Positions 21,365-32,181 of a DNA stretch of 37,260 bases are shown one piece after another; position 1 is the first letter of the stretch, and every line of letters starts with the position of its first letter. The stretch lies in contig JAHHIK010000085.1 of the NCBI GenBank assembly GCA_019358935.1, positions 1 to 37,260 of the forward strand, read 5' to 3'. A program made the position numbers and the translations under genes. Under the pieces are notes generated by a model. That model searched no databases, had not been told where the DNA came from, and saw only the letters and a program-made list of their open reading frames with translations. The DNA comes from Tolypothrix carrinoi HA7290-LM1. GTDB taxonomy: Bacteria; Cyanobacteriota; Cyanobacteriia; Cyanobacteriales; Nostocaceae.

Positions 21365-22150
21365 CTAGAGTACTAACCCAAATAGTTTACAGGCATTCTC
21401 AGTAGTTTGAGTAGCGATCGCCTCTAGACTTTCCCCACGCAAACGAGCTATAGCTTCTGCTACATAACGCACGTAAGCTGGCTCATTGCGCTTTTCTTTT
21501 CGTTTCGGAACCGGTGCTAAAAAAGGACAGTCTGTTTCAATTAACAAGCGATCTGACCGAACCAACACAGCTGATTGTTGAATGTCTATGGCGTTTTTGA
21601 AGGTGACGGTGCCACTAAAGCTGATATAAAACCCCAAGTCGATAAACCATTGAACTTCTTGTGGTTTTCCACCCCAGCAGTGCATGACACCTCGGATATT
21701 GTCTCCTTTAAGATTCCTCCATTTTTGCAATATGTCTCTCAGTTCTGATGCAGCATTCCGGCAGTGGATAATCACTGGTAAGTTGAGTTCACATGCGATC
21801 GCTAATTGAGCTTCAAACACCATACGCTGCCCGTCGTAGTTATCTGCTTTATAAAAATCCAGCCCCATTTCTCCGATTGCTACCACTTTGGCATCAGAGG
21901 TAGCCAAAGATAATATTTCCTTTTCTGTTTGGCTATTCCATTTATGGGCATCTAAAGGATGTAACCCTACAGCAAAGCTGATTTCGGGACATGTGTGAGC
22001 TATCGCTTGAATGCTGGAAAACTCTGATGGCTCGACGCACGAATGTACTAGACGTACTACACCGGTTTCTTGCCATCGCGATCGCACTGCTGCTAAATCC
22101 GGTTGAAAAAGGTCAAAGTTGAGATGAACATGGGTATCAATCAGCTGCAT
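21365..22150 (-). CDS. tatD: TatD family hydrolase/DNase
   Basis: [36 protein letters not shown]; start placed at MQLIDTH. Confidence 0.95.
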   Translation of the reverse strand: MQLIDTHVHLNFDLFQPDLAAVRSRWQETGVVRLVHSCVEPSEFSSIQAIAHTCPEISFAVGLHPLDAHKWNSQTEKEILSLATSDAKVVAIGEMGLDFYKADNYDGQRMVFEAQLAIACELNLPVIIHCRNAASELRDILQKWRNLKGDNIRGVMHCWGGKPQEVQWFIDLGFYISFSGTVTFKNAIDIQQSAVLVRSDRLLIETDCPFLAPVPKRKEKRNEPAYVRYVAEAIARLRGESLEAIATQTTENACKLFGLVL

Positions 22151-22225
22151 TGAGGGGTCCAAGAGTCCTTTGTCCTTTTTCAAAGCATGAGTCCTGATGA
22201 CGAACGAACTCATGACTGTTAACAG

Positions 22226-22519
22226 TTATGCTGATACGGTAGAGCTTTTTAGTTTTTTCGCCAATTTTGACTTTTTCCTCGCTCCATTGTTCGGATGAAG
22301 TACACCCCGCTTTACAGCTTTATCGATTTTGCTGTACGCCTCCGACATGCGATCGTCTACATCTTTCTTTGATTCTGAGCTAGGATTAGCTGCATAGGTT
22401 GCTACAGCCGAAAGGTATTTTTTCATCAGCGTTTTCACGGCTGATTTATAAGCTTTGTTACGCAAGCGATTGCGTTCTGCGATCTTGGCGCGTTTCAGAG
22501 CAGACTTTGTATTCGCCAC
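22226..22519 (-). CDS. rpsT: 30S ribosomal protein S20
   Basis: (M)ANTKSALKR...RNKAYKS...[25 protein letters not shown] start. Confidence 0.97.
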   Translation of the reverse strand: MANTKSALKRAKIAERNRLRNKAYKSAVKTLMKKYLSAVATYAANPSSESKKDVDDRMSEAYSKIDKAVKRGVLHPNNGARKKSKLAKKLKSSTVSA

Positions 22520-23152
22520 TGTCAATCCCAAAAATACTATTATTTATGTACACACACTACTAGGCTTACTAATATAGCATCTTTTTTGCCAATGTTATAA
22601 TTCGGGCGAAAAAAATATCATAACTAAAATTATTTTAATTTTTACGGCAAGCAGAAAAAAAGACGTTAACTCACCTTATGAGCATATGACGACAACTAAA
22701 GAAATGCGTTAAAATTAGGTACTCCAGTAAATAAGGACTTCTCGCCACCTGTTACCAAGCGCTCAGACCGCCTTTGTGAAAATGTGTTGCTAAAGGCAAG
22801 AATCTATGAACGGTTAAAGTTCAGCGGTGGAAATGTAGAGACACGATACTAAGCGCGTATCTACAAAATCAAGCTAATAAATGATAAAATAGACAAAAAT
22901 TATACTCAAAGCTTACCTAAATTGCCAAAAAAAGGCAAGATGTTCAAACAAAACACCTCCACCGTTTGAGGTTAGAAAGCATGCTTTCGCTGCGCGATCG
23001 CAACCCAAGTGCGATATGAAGCCTTGGGAGTATCAAAAAAATACAGGTTAAGCTAGAGAAGAGAATTAGGGTAAGCTTTGCGCCTAATTAGGTAAAGGGC
23101 AAAACTGATTCTCGGCGGGAATATTCGTTCATTTTGGCACTTTCCTTACTCC

Positions 23153-24454
23153 ATGCTGCGAATTATTACTCAGCAGGCAGACGTCAGAGCAGAACTGCAA
23201 CGTATCTGCGATCGCACCCATGATGAACAGGTGCATCACAAAGAAGCAACCGTGCGGGAAGTGTTGCAAGCAGTGAAGCGCCAAGGCGACAAAGCTGTAT
23301 TGCACTACACTGCCGAATTTGACCACCAAACCCTCAATTCCGGTGAACTGCGCGTTTCCGGTTCCGAACTGGATACGGCTTATCAACAGGTGTCAAAGGA
23401 CTTGCTAGAGGCAATTCGGCTCGCTAGCCGACAAATTGAAGCGTTTCATCGTCAGCGAGTACCGAAAAGCTGGGTACACTTTGGCGATGATGATGTAGTG
23501 CTGGGTAAGCGCTACACTCCTGTAGACCGAGCGGGATTATATATTCCTGGTGGTCGAGCTGCTTATCCAAGTACGGTGCTGATGAATGCTATTCCAGCGA
23601 GGGTGGCTAATGTCCCCCGTGTGGTGATGGTAACGCCACCGGGAGCGCACAAAGCGATTAACCCAGCAGTGTTGGTAGCTGCCCAAGAAGCTGGGGTACA
23701 AGAAATTTATCGTGTCGGAGGCGCCCAAGCGATCGCCGCTTTAGCCTACGGTACAGAAACGATTCCGAAAGTAAATGTGATTACAGGTCCAGGTAACATT
23801 TATGTCACCCTAGCAAAAAAACTCGTATACGGTACTGTGGGCATTGATTCTTTAGCAGGACCAAGTGAAGTGCTAATTATTGCCGACGAAACCGCAAATC
23901 CCGTACATGTGGCGGCGGATTTGTTAGCACAAGCCGAACACGATCCGATGGCAGCAGCAATATTGTTGACAACGGATACAAGTTTGGCGAAGAACGTGCA
24001 AGTCGCTGTGGAAAGACAGCTAATAGATCACCCTAGAAGAATAGATACAGAAAAAGCGATCGCTCACTATGGCTTAATCGTCGTTGTCGAATCTCTAGAA
24101 GCCGCAGCTCAATTCTCAAATGAGTTTGCCCCCGAACACTTAGAATTAGAAGTCGAAGATCCTTGGGCATTAATTCAACATATTCGCCATGCAGGGGCAA
24201 TCTTCTTAGGGCATTCTACACCAGAAGCTGTGGGAGACTATTTAGCTGGACCAAATCACACTTTGCCTACTTCCGGTGCTGCTCATTATGCTTCGGCATT
24301 GGGTGTGGAAACTTTCTTGAAACATTCGAGTATCATCCAATACTCCGAAACTGCCCTGCAAAAAGTGGCTGGCGCAATTGACGTACTAGCGACAGCGGAA
24401 GGCTTGCCTTCTCATGCTGATTCAGTTAGACGCCGAGTTCAAGAAGATGAATAA
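23153..24454 (+). CDS. hisD: Histidinol dehydrogenase
   Basis: GLYIPGG, GGAQAIAALAYG, AGPSE, QAEHD, APEHL, GDYLAGPNHTLPT. Confidence 0.98.
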   Translation: MLRIITQQADVRAELQRICDRTHDEQVHHKEATVREVLQAVKRQGDKAVLHYTAEFDHQTLNSGELRVSGSELDTAYQQVSKDLLEAIRLASRQIEAFHRQRVPKSWVHFGDDDVVLGKRYTPVDRAGLYIPGGRAAYPSTVLMNAIPARVANVPRVVMVTPPGAHKAINPAVLVAAQEAGVQEIYRVGGAQAIAALAYGTETIPKVNVITGPGNIYVTLAKKLVYGTVGIDSLAGPSEVLIIADETANPVHVAADLLAQAEHDPMAAAILLTTDTSLAKNVQVAVERQLIDHPRRIDTEKAIAHYGLIVVVESLEAAAQFSNEFAPEHLELEVEDPWALIQHIRHAGAIFLGHSTPEAVGDYLAGPNHTLPTSGAAHYASALGVETFLKHSSIIQYSETALQKVAGAIDVLATAEGLPSHADSVRRRVQEDE

Positions 24455-24710
24455 TTACAAATTCTTAATTTTTTCTTAAACTTTTGGCAAAAGTTACCTA
24501 GTGGCTACAAACTGAAAGTTTAAACGGCATTCGCAAGCCAGGTGTTACAACGGAGGGCAACCTCCGAAGTACAGCAAATCGCGATGCTATTTACGCAGGG
24601 CGTAGCTTCCACGACAAAGGCACGTCCTTAGCTGCTCTTATTGTTGGTGTAACCGCCAACACATAAAGCAGGTAATAATGTGAAATGTCTACCTTGAGGA
24701 GACTACAGCG

Positions 24711-25136
24711 GTGCTAAATACTATTTTGGTAGCTCTGGACGGTTCAGAAATTGCAGAACGTGTAATTCAGACTTTACAGGAATTGGTGCTGCTAAAAGAA
24801 AGCAAAATAATTCTCTGTCATGTGTTTCCCACCCCAGAGTCGGAAATGGAACTATCGGCAGATCGTCCTCAAGGAGAGTCACCAACACTTTCTTATTTTC
24901 ATGTAGAAAAACAACTGCAATCCTATCAGGAACAGTTGCCAGTCAACAGTGAATTAGAATTAGTAACTGGCGATCCGGCAGAAGAAATTATTCGTCTTGC
25001 CAATATTTACCAAGCTGACTTGATTATTATTGGCAGTCGCGGGTTAACTGGGATGAAGCGAATTGTTCAGGGTTCAGTTAGCAGTCAAGTAGTGGAAGAA
25101 GCTAATTGTTCAGTCTTGGTGGTGAAGTTGAATTAA
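24711..25136 (+). CDS. Universal stress protein (UspA family)
   Basis: ILVALDGS and DLIIIGSRG...GSVS...CSVLVV motifs; GAGGAG RBS upstream of GTG. Confidence 0.93.
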   Translation: MLNTILVALDGSEIAERVIQTLQELVLLKESKIILCHVFPTPESEMELSADRPQGESPTLSYFHVEKQLQSYQEQLPVNSELELVTGDPAEEIIRLANIYQADLIIIGSRGLTGMKRIVQGSVSSQVVEEANCSVLVVKLN

Positions 25137-25164
25137 AATCAGGTAAGGCAAATCAGATAATGCC

Positions 25165-25761
25165 ATGACTACAACTCCAGCAGTCACTAAACGATTTACC
25201 TTTGAAGAGTATCTGGCTTATGATGATGGTACTGATACACGCTACGAATTGGTTGATGGAGAACTAATTCCCATGAGTTTGGGAAGTGGGCAACATGGAG
25301 GGGTAGCAGAATTTATCAATGTTTGCTTTCGAGAAGAAATTCTCCGATTAAAGTTAGATTGGACATCTAAACAAATGGTTGTCGGTGTTCGTTCTCCCCG
25401 CGCTGGCAGATGGGATACATCAAGAATTCCCGATGTAGTTGTGCTTTTATTGCCCCAATGGCGAGAATTGAGAAACCGAGAAGCAGTTATTGAACTTAAT
25501 GAACCACCTCCCTTACTTGTGGTAGAAGTTGTGAGCGAGTCAACAAAAACCGTAGATTATCGAGCCAAGCGAGTTGAATATAATATTTTAAATATTCCAG
25601 AGTATTGGATTGTCGATTTATTAAGTAATAAAGTAACTGTCTTCACATTAATTGAAGAATTATACGAACCAGCAGAGTTTGTTGGTAGCGAGCAAATTCA
25701 ATCTCAAATCTTTCCAGAATTAAAATTAACGGTTGAGCAAGTTTTAACAGCCGAAAATTAG
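25165..25761 (+). CDS. Uma2 family PD-(D/E)XK endonuclease
   Basis: [27 protein letters not shown]....IPEYWIVD. Confidence 0.92.
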   Translation: MTTTPAVTKRFTFEEYLAYDDGTDTRYELVDGELIPMSLGSGQHGGVAEFINVCFREEILRLKLDWTSKQMVVGVRSPRAGRWDTSRIPDVVVLLLPQWRELRNREAVIELNEPPPLLVVEVVSESTKTVDYRAKRVEYNILNIPEYWIVDLLSNKVTVFTLIEELYEPAEFVGSEQIQSQIFPELKLTVEQVLTAEN

Positions 25762-25961
25762 AGAACAGATTTCAAGACTTATTAATTACTAAATAATGCC
25801 TATACTCTCTTTTTTGAGCTTTATGAGTAAACACATAATCTGATATATTATGTAATTTTATATACACTAAACTGACTAGTTTTCTGACGATATTCCCGGA
25901 TAATTGTAAGGATTACACCACCGATTCTAATAGTGAAATAGAATATATGTTTTCTTGGTTA

Positions 25962-26228
25962 TTAACTTTCGTCTTTATAAACCTTGCTACGATGTCCAAT
26001 TTATACAACAGTCAGCAATAAAATATCATCGATAATATCGTATAAAATGCGATAATCACCTACTCTAATTCGATAACCATACTCTCTATTTTTTAACTTT
26101 TTAACTTCGTTGGGACGGGGTTCTGTAGCTAAATCATCAATTTTAAGTTGTATGCGTTCTTGAAGTTCAGACGATAATTTTTTAAGTTGTTTTGATGCAC
26201 CCTTTGAGATTTCAACTTTATAACTCAC
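25962..26228 (-). pseudogene. RelE/ParE family toxin with a premature TAA at 26003-26001
   Basis: KKLK...YRIRVGDYRILY...LTVV*IGHRSKVYKDES*; the reading frame continues in register after the stop. Confidence 0.85.
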
Positions 26229-26245
26229 ACTACTTCCTTTTTCAC

Positions 26246-26452
26246 TTATTTTTTAACTTCTTCCCATGACATTGTGCCGTTAATCCGTATATCTTCCTTG
26301 GCTTCATCATAGGCTTTGAGATCGTCTTGTTCCTCTTCTTCATCTATACGTTTTAGTAATGCGAAAATCTCATCTAAAGTGCTATCGTCAGCTTGATTTA
26401 GCAGTACGTTGATAGCTTTGATTATCTCTTCTCTGTCTTGTTCGGTTTTCAT
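26246..26452 (-). CDS. Putative antitoxin upstream of relE
   Basis: 68-aa acidic protein ending DDLKAYDEAK...MSWEEVKK, immediately upstream of the toxin. Confidence 0.75.
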   Translation of the reverse strand: MKTEQDREEIIKAINVLLNQADDSTLDEIFALLKRIDEEEEQDDLKAYDEAKEDIRINGTMSWEEVKK

Positions 26453-26512
26453 TTTTATTTCTCACTTTCGGTTTTTAAGTCTAGTGTAGACGGGTTAATC
26501 ATTCTTTAAAAC

Positions 26513-26635
26513 TTATTTAATTTGAAACATTTCACCTATGTCTACCTGGAAATAACTACATAATTTAATAGCGACTTGGCAATCTATCCAGCTAAAACTA
26601 TTTTTTAAATAACCTCTTATAGCGTTTTCACTCAC
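26513..26635 (-). pseudogene. C-terminal remnant of a Cro/C1 (XRE)-type HTH regulator, disrupted upstream by repeats
   Basis: VSENAIRGYLKNSFSWIDCQVAIKLCSYFQVDIGEMFQIK; the upstream 26636-26810 is GC-rich repeat sequence. Confidence 0.6.
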
Positions 26636-26834
26636 CAAAGACGGCTTCGGTTGCCCATCCCACGGCTGGGGTGGGAGGAATCGCCGTCCGCCGTCTTGGG
26701 CATAGGGCAAGGGGCAAGGCTCGCGAAAACCAATGCCCAATGACGGCAGGTGCTACAACGCGGGGAACCCGCGCAACGCACTGCCTCCCCAATTCCCAAT
26801 GCCCGCGAAATCAAGAGTGCGCGACTCCGGGGGA

Positions 26835-27021
26835 TGAGCTTAATTCTAGTTTTTGAACTTTATAAGTAAACACATCATCAAATCGGTTACACCATTTCTC
26901 AAAGCACGGAGGCATGGCTGCGGGCATTGTCTCTTTCATCGAAAGTCACTTTGATGTGAAAACTATGCTGGTAGAGCATTATACCCTTTTTTATTCTTCT
27001 TTTTGTTTAAGTCCCACTAAT
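26835..27021 (-). mobile_element. IS701-family-like transposase 5' remnant with probable element end
   Basis: From ATG at 26939 the minus strand reads MKETMPAAMPPCFEKWCNRFDDVFTYKVQK, an N-terminus I recognise from cyanobacterial IS701-type transposases. TAGTGGGACTTAA upstream may be the IR. Confidence 0.6.
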
Positions 27022-27078
27022 GACTTTAAAAGCTAACGTAGGTAGGCTTTGTACGCGCAACCCCGCACACTTGAGTCT

Positions 27079-27207
27079 AATACGAAGTTGCATTGTCATT
27101 GGTAGTAAGGAAGTCCGAAGCGACGTTCAAAGTAGCGTCTGGTGACAGGAGAAGGAAGCAATAGAAATGGACTTTGAGCTACCACGAACTTAACGCAACT
27201 TGGTATT
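27079..27207. mobile_element. MITE-like element with 13-bp imperfect inverted ends
   Basis: AATACGAAGTTGC ... GCAACTTGGTATT (12 of 13 match). Confidence 0.5.
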
Positions 27208-27210
27208 GTC

Positions 27211-27384
27211 AAGTTCAGCGGTAAGCGGATCAAGCGTGGGTTGTACAAGTCCTCATGTGGTATCAAATTCAACTCAGATATCAATGGCAGTTACAACATC
27301 ATGCGAAAAGTAGTCCCAAACGCATTTTGCAATGGGATAAAGGGTGTAGTAGTTCATCCAACCAAGGTCACACTTGCAAACTAA
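27211..27384 (+). pseudogene. tnpB: TnpB C-terminal remnant (RuvC-III region)
   Basis: KFSGKRIKRGLYKSSCGIKFNSDINGSYNIMRKVVPNAFCNGIKGVVVHPTKVTLAN*; no start codon or N-terminal part. Confidence 0.85.
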
Positions 27385-27531
27385 TTCTATATTTTTCTAT
27401 GGAATTAGGAACTATAAGTCTCGTTATCTTTATGAGTGCAAGAGGTCTAATAATTTAAGGATTTATTAAGGCTTTCCCACGTTGTACCTCAAAACAAGGG
27501 AAAACGAGGGAAAAAGCGATCGCATTCCGTT

Positions 27532-28226
27532 TTACTTACCCTGTTGTTCGAGCCAAGTTACCAAATCTCCTACCTCAGAGAAATCTAACAAAGCCTCACT
27601 TAAATCTTCCAAGCGATCGGTGGAAGAGGAGCGAATACGTCCTTGTAAATCAGCGTCGAGTGTACCGAACAACCGTGTCAGTAGACGCATAATCATTACT
27701 AACGCTTCTTCCTGTCTTCCCTCTTCTAAAATTTCTTGGAAAATGACTGACTCACGCATAATTCTTTCTCTGATAAGGTTACCAATCAAATTCTTGTTAA
27801 ACCGTAGCCCAGCTAGTAGCTGAGTACAAGTCACAATTTCCCGACGCTGTTGTGATTCTTCTATGTTATTCAATTCTTGGGCTACCCGACTGAGCAATTG
27901 TGTAGAATTCTTTGCAGCACACAGGGGTGCTAAAGGTAGCAGTGCGGGTTCCTGTAACAGTGGTTCTGGGGATTGCTCCCACATACGAATGACTTGATAG
28001 CCATGTCTGGTAGATTCCAGTTGGAATTCATTCTCAAAGACAGCTGTATTAGTTGTTGGTTTCAACCATATCAGCACTTGAGTTACTGGTAGTCCATATT
28101 GCCAATGCAATCGCACCCAATAATTTAACATTCGCAACGGCATAGATTTGCCAGTAGGCACTTGAACTTGAAATTCTAAATGCACTCATTTGCTTTTGGG
28201 TGCGTAAAAATGTTACAGAATCAGCT
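27532..28226 (-). pseudogene. Rpn family recombination-promoting nuclease/putative transposase (DUF4351-type C-terminus), 5'-truncated and frameshifted
   Basis: ADSVTFLRTQ in one frame, then HLEFQ...MPLRMLNYWVRL...MRESVIFQEILEEG...LEDLSEALLDF in another; N-terminus replaced by repeats. Confidence 0.8.
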
Positions 28227-28405
28227 TCGCCACTTCGACGGGACCCAAACCGACACCGCGCCCGTGGACTCACCGCAACGCAGTGGCTTGGGAACCCCCC
28301 AACTCTAGAGCCACTACGAATAGACGGTACAGGCAACCGCGCCCGTGGACTCACCGCAACGCGCTGCCTTGACGAGTGCGTGAGATTATTATCCGTCTGG
28401 ACTCA
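28227..28405. repeat. Cluster of small dispersed repeat fragments including a direct repeat ACCGCGCCCGTGGACTCACCGCAACGC x2
   Basis: Copies at about 28255-28281 and 28336-28362; same GGTGAGTCCA/GCGTTGCG motifs as at 9.2, 14.9 and 21.3 kb. Confidence 0.7.
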
Positions 28406-28789
28406 CGGCTTTTGAGTTGCCAAGAAGGTTCGCAAGCTTAACAAACTCAAGCTTTGCCCCAAATTCAACGGCAAAATTGATACTCCTTCCAAGCGAGACT
28501 GTACCCAACCTTCACCCCAGTACCATTCATGAAAGCCGTCGATACCTTGACTGAGTAGCAAGCGCAAACAGTTGGGTTTTGCCACATCCACTTGATGATG
28601 AATCTTAATTAGTCCTATTGAGCTAGTAAACTGAAATCCTGAATGTAATTCTTCAGGCATTCCGGGGGAAAAACGTTGCCCGATGAGCCATTTTTCTTGT
28701 TGCACAGGACGCAGCAGACTGTCTTTGATTGTAGCGGCTGATGCTTCAACTTCTATACGTAGTTGACTTTGTTGAAAATTACCGAACAT
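28403..28789 (-). CDS. Conserved hypothetical protein (possibly SRPBCC/START-like fold)
   Basis: 128-aa ATG ORF divergent from hslO; the fold suggestion is weak inference. Confidence 0.7.
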   Translation of the reverse strand: MFGNFQQSQLRIEVEASAATIKDSLLRPVQQEKWLIGQRFSPGMPEELHSGFQFTSSIGLIKIHHQVDVAKPNCLRLLLSQGIDGFHEWYWGEGWVQSRLEGVSILPLNLGQSLSLLSLRTFLATQKP

Positions 28790-29049
28790 TTTGAGATCGA
28801 TCGCATTTTCTTTTAGTATGACAAATGTGGTTCATCAGATACGGGCTTGTTCAAAGGAAAATGAAAATTTCATTACACGACGGGCACGTTGAAATATTTC
28901 TTCAAAATTCCCTACTTTCTACAAGCGCGGAAAACCGCTTCTTTTCATACGGACATCCTTAACCATTGTTCGTTTGTTTGGTCACTTTTCTACGAGCTGA
29001 TGAACTTAAAATAGAAACAGTGAACTTGTTAAGAAATGTAAGGTTATTC

Positions 29050-29955
29050 ATGGCGGATCAGTTAATTCGCGCCACAGCGGCTGATGGTGGAATTCGTGCA
29101 GTCGGTGTGATTACCACACGTCTGACAGAAGAAGCAAGGACTAGACACAAGCTTTCTTATGTAGCAACCGCAGCCTTGGGTCGAACGATGGCAGCTGGCT
29201 TATTGATGGCTTCTAATATGAAGCGAGAAGGCTCTAGAGTCAATGTCCGAATTAAAGGCGATGGTCCTTTGGGTGGTATCTTGGTAGATGCTGGCTTAGA
29301 TGGAACAGTACGCGGCTATGTAGAAAATCCGGCGATCGAATTGCCTCCCAATGCCAAAGGAAAACTTGACGTTGGTGGCGCAGTTGGTAATGGCTACCTT
29401 TACGTCGTTCGGGATGTGGGTTACGGCTATCCTTACTCTAGTACGGTAGAACTCGTTTCTGGGGAAATTGGGGACGATATAGCTCATTACCTGGTAAACT
29501 CAGAACAAACACCTTCTGCTGTAGTTTTAGGTGTGTTCGTGGGTGCTAATGGGGTGACTGCTGCTGGAGGCTTACTCGTACAAGTGTTGCCAAAAGCCGC
29601 TAGAGATGAAGCTTTAGTCGCAAAGTTGGAATCACGAGTGGCAAGTTTAGCTGGATTTACGCCATTGTTGCAAGCAGGCAAAACATTGCCAGAAATCTTT
29701 CAAGACTTGCTGGGTGATATGAATTTGGTGATTTTCCCAGAAACTCAAATGCTACGCTTTCATTGTGGTTGCTCTTTTAACCGCGTACTCGGAGCATTAA
29801 AAATTTTAGGAGAAGCTGAACTGCAAGACATGATTGCTAAAGATGATGGAGCTGAGGCAACTTGTGATTTTTGCGGGTCAGTATATCACGCAAGTAGCGA
29901 CCAGCTAGCGCAATTAATTGACGATTTGCAGGCGGAATCTTCCGTTTGCAGATAA
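29050..29955 (+). CDS. hslO: Hsp33 redox-regulated chaperone
   Basis: MADQLIRA start, NSEQTPS, AGGLLVQVLP, CGCS and CDFC zinc centre. Confidence 0.97.
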   Translation: MADQLIRATAADGGIRAVGVITTRLTEEARTRHKLSYVATAALGRTMAAGLLMASNMKREGSRVNVRIKGDGPLGGILVDAGLDGTVRGYVENPAIELPPNAKGKLDVGGAVGNGYLYVVRDVGYGYPYSSTVELVSGEIGDDIAHYLVNSEQTPSAVVLGVFVGANGVTAAGGLLVQVLPKAARDEALVAKLESRVASLAGFTPLLQAGKTLPEIFQDLLGDMNLVIFPETQMLRFHCGCSFNRVLGALKILGEAELQDMIAKDDGAEATCDFCGSVYHASSDQLAQLIDDLQAESSVCR

Positions 29956-30105
29956 GTATAAAAAGATACCTTTATTTCATTGCGTTAATGATATCTGTGG
30001 AGAGAGATAATTGAGACTAGCTTTTTCATGACGAGAAAGTTACTATGGCAACAAAGAAATTATCGATCCATTACAGATCGCTGTGAACTTATTTTGGTGT
30101 GAGAG

Positions 30106-32148
30106 ATGACAGAGCGGGATATTCCAGAGAGTTGGTCATCAGCCAGAGCAACAGAGCCAGATGAAATAACCAGATTATCACGATCGCTCCCAATCGGCGA
30201 TCGCGTGTCTGGTGTCCCAGCTAATGGTTCTACCTCAAAGTCAGTGAAGCGCCGAAAAAAACGCAATTCTGATAAAGAACAAGGGACAGCCAGCACTCCT
30301 TATGGTCAAATGCCCAACTGGATGAAAAGCTGGGTGTTATGGACAGTTTTATTAGCGTTGATTCCTGGCAGTATCGGCTTTATTTCGATGGCGATGCTGC
30401 TAAAGTTGCCATCGGCGCCAAACTGTCCATCGATTTTTTGGCCCCTTGCTAGTGCATCGGTGCGACTGCACTGCGCTCAATTGGCTGCTTCTAAGCAAAC
30501 GGTGAATGACTTGTTACAAGCGATCGCCTTAGTCAAGCAACTGCCAGAAAATCACCCACTACGGGCAGAAATTAATCGCAACCTAGAAGAGTGGTCGCGT
30601 TCGATTTTACAGCTAGCCGATCAAAGTTTTCAATCAGGGAAGTTAGACGAAGCGATCGCAACAGCACACAAAATTCCTCAAAACCTCTCGGCTGATAAAT
30701 TAGTAGATGAGCAAATCACCAAATGGCAGTCAATTTGGTCTAAGGGAGAAAACATTTACCAAAAAGCGGAAAACGAACTACGCCAAGCACATTGGCAATC
30801 CGCTTTTATGGTGGCATCTAAATTGCTGCGGGTAGATAATAAATACTGGCAAACAGCTAAGTACGATCAATTAAATCGCTTGATTGTCTCAGCGCGAGAA
30901 GATGGCGAGAAGTTAGCAAAAGCCAACGGTTTGGCTGAAGACTCTGGAGTAGATAATTTACTAAAAGCCATCAAAGTAGCTGAGTCAATTGGGCAAGATA
31001 GTTACGTTTATCAAAAAGCGCAGGCAACAATTCCAGTGTTTGGACGGAAAATCCTGGCATTAGCACAGAAAAAGCTAGATCGCCGGGATGCGGATGAAGC
31101 GCTGGAAATTGTCGGCAAAATTCCGGCAAGTACAGGGCTAAAGTTAGAAATCGAAGACTTTACAGCTATAGCTGATGCCCAAAGAAATGCATGGATCGGC
31201 ACTGTTTCTGGTTTAGAAACAGCGATCGCCCAAGCACAACAAATTGACCCCTCAAGACCAGTTTACGACAAGGCACAAAAACTGATTGCCCGTTGGCAGC
31301 TAGAAATTGAAGATGTTGCCAATTTAGAAAAAGCCCGTACACTGGCAAGTCAGGGAACAGTTAGCGATTTGAATGCAGCGATCGCTCAAGCGCGTCTTAT
31401 CCCGGCTAATAATCCTCGTGGTTCTGAAGCTAGGCAAGCGATGGGACGCTGGCGTGCCGAAGCTGAGACAATCGAAGATAAACCTTATTTGGAACGCGCT
31501 GAACAGATAAGTTTTATAGAGGATGTTAACTCATTGCAAGCAGCGATCGCCGAAGCAAGTCAAATTCGTAACGGTCGGGCATTATATCCAGAAGCACGCC
31601 GAAAAATTCGCACTTGGACGGCGAAAATTCAGCGAATTGAAGACCAGCCATACTTAGATCAAGCGCGAGATATTGCTCGTACTGGCGATCTAGCCTCTGC
31701 GATTAAAGCTGCCGAACAAATTGCCTCGTCAGGACGCGCACTTTCTGGTGAAGCACAAGCGTCTATAGACGATTGGCGAGGGCAAATCCGCGCTAGAGAA
31801 AATTGGCGGAAAGCGCGGGAAGTGGCACTTGCTGGCACTCCAGAAGCTTTGTCAGAGGCAATACAACTAGCGGATCGAGTGCCAAGTCGTAGTTTGTTAC
31901 GCAATGACGTGAATCCGGCTATTGACCAATGGAGTCAGCAATTATTAGACATAGCCCGCTCTTTGAGTGAGTCTGATATCACCCAAGGTATTGAAACTGC
32001 AAAACTGGTTCCCCAAGGTTCTGCTGCTTACAGCGCAGCGCGAGAGCAAATCAGGAATTGGCGCGAGTTGCTCAAGCCAGAACCTGAGCCAGAACCTCAA
32101 CCAGAGCAATCTCCTGAGGAATCGACAACGACACCTGAGCAGCAGTAA
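30106..32148 (+). CDS. Conserved cyanobacterial membrane-anchored alpha-helical repeat protein (often labelled 'chromosome segregation ATPase'; no Walker motif seen)
   Basis: One TM segment, then PSAPNCPSIFWP...RLHCAQ and repeated L..AI..A..I....Y..A...I..W units. Confidence 0.8.
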   Translation: MTERDIPESWSSARATEPDEITRLSRSLPIGDRVSGVPANGSTSKSVKRRKKRNSDKEQGTASTPYGQMPNWMKSWVLWTVLLALIPGSIGFISMAMLLKLPSAPNCPSIFWPLASASVRLHCAQLAASKQTVNDLLQAIALVKQLPENHPLRAEINRNLEEWSRSILQLADQSFQSGKLDEAIATAHKIPQNLSADKLVDEQITKWQSIWSKGENIYQKAENELRQAHWQSAFMVASKLLRVDNKYWQTAKYDQLNRLIVSAREDGEKLAKANGLAEDSGVDNLLKAIKVAESIGQDSYVYQKAQATIPVFGRKILALAQKKLDRRDADEALEIVGKIPASTGLKLEIEDFTAIADAQRNAWIGTVSGLETAIAQAQQIDPSRPVYDKAQKLIARWQLEIEDVANLEKARTLASQGTVSDLNAAIAQARLIPANNPRGSEARQAMGRWRAEAETIEDKPYLERAEQISFIEDVNSLQAAIAEASQIRNGRALYPEARRKIRTWTAKIQRIEDQPYLDQARDIARTGDLASAIKAAEQIASSGRALSGEAQASIDDWRGQIRARENWRKAREVALAGTPEALSEAIQLADRVPSRSLLRNDVNPAIDQWSQQLLDIARSLSESDITQGIETAKLVPQGSAAYSAAREQIRNWRELLKPEPEPEPQPEQSPEESTTTPEQQ

Positions 32149-32181
32149 TATCAAATCTGGTTGTGAGATATTGATTGAGCT

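Noticed and set aside
30106..32148. SMC/ATPase function for the 680-aa protein
   Set aside because: No Walker A/B motifs visible; helical repeat protein with a TM anchor
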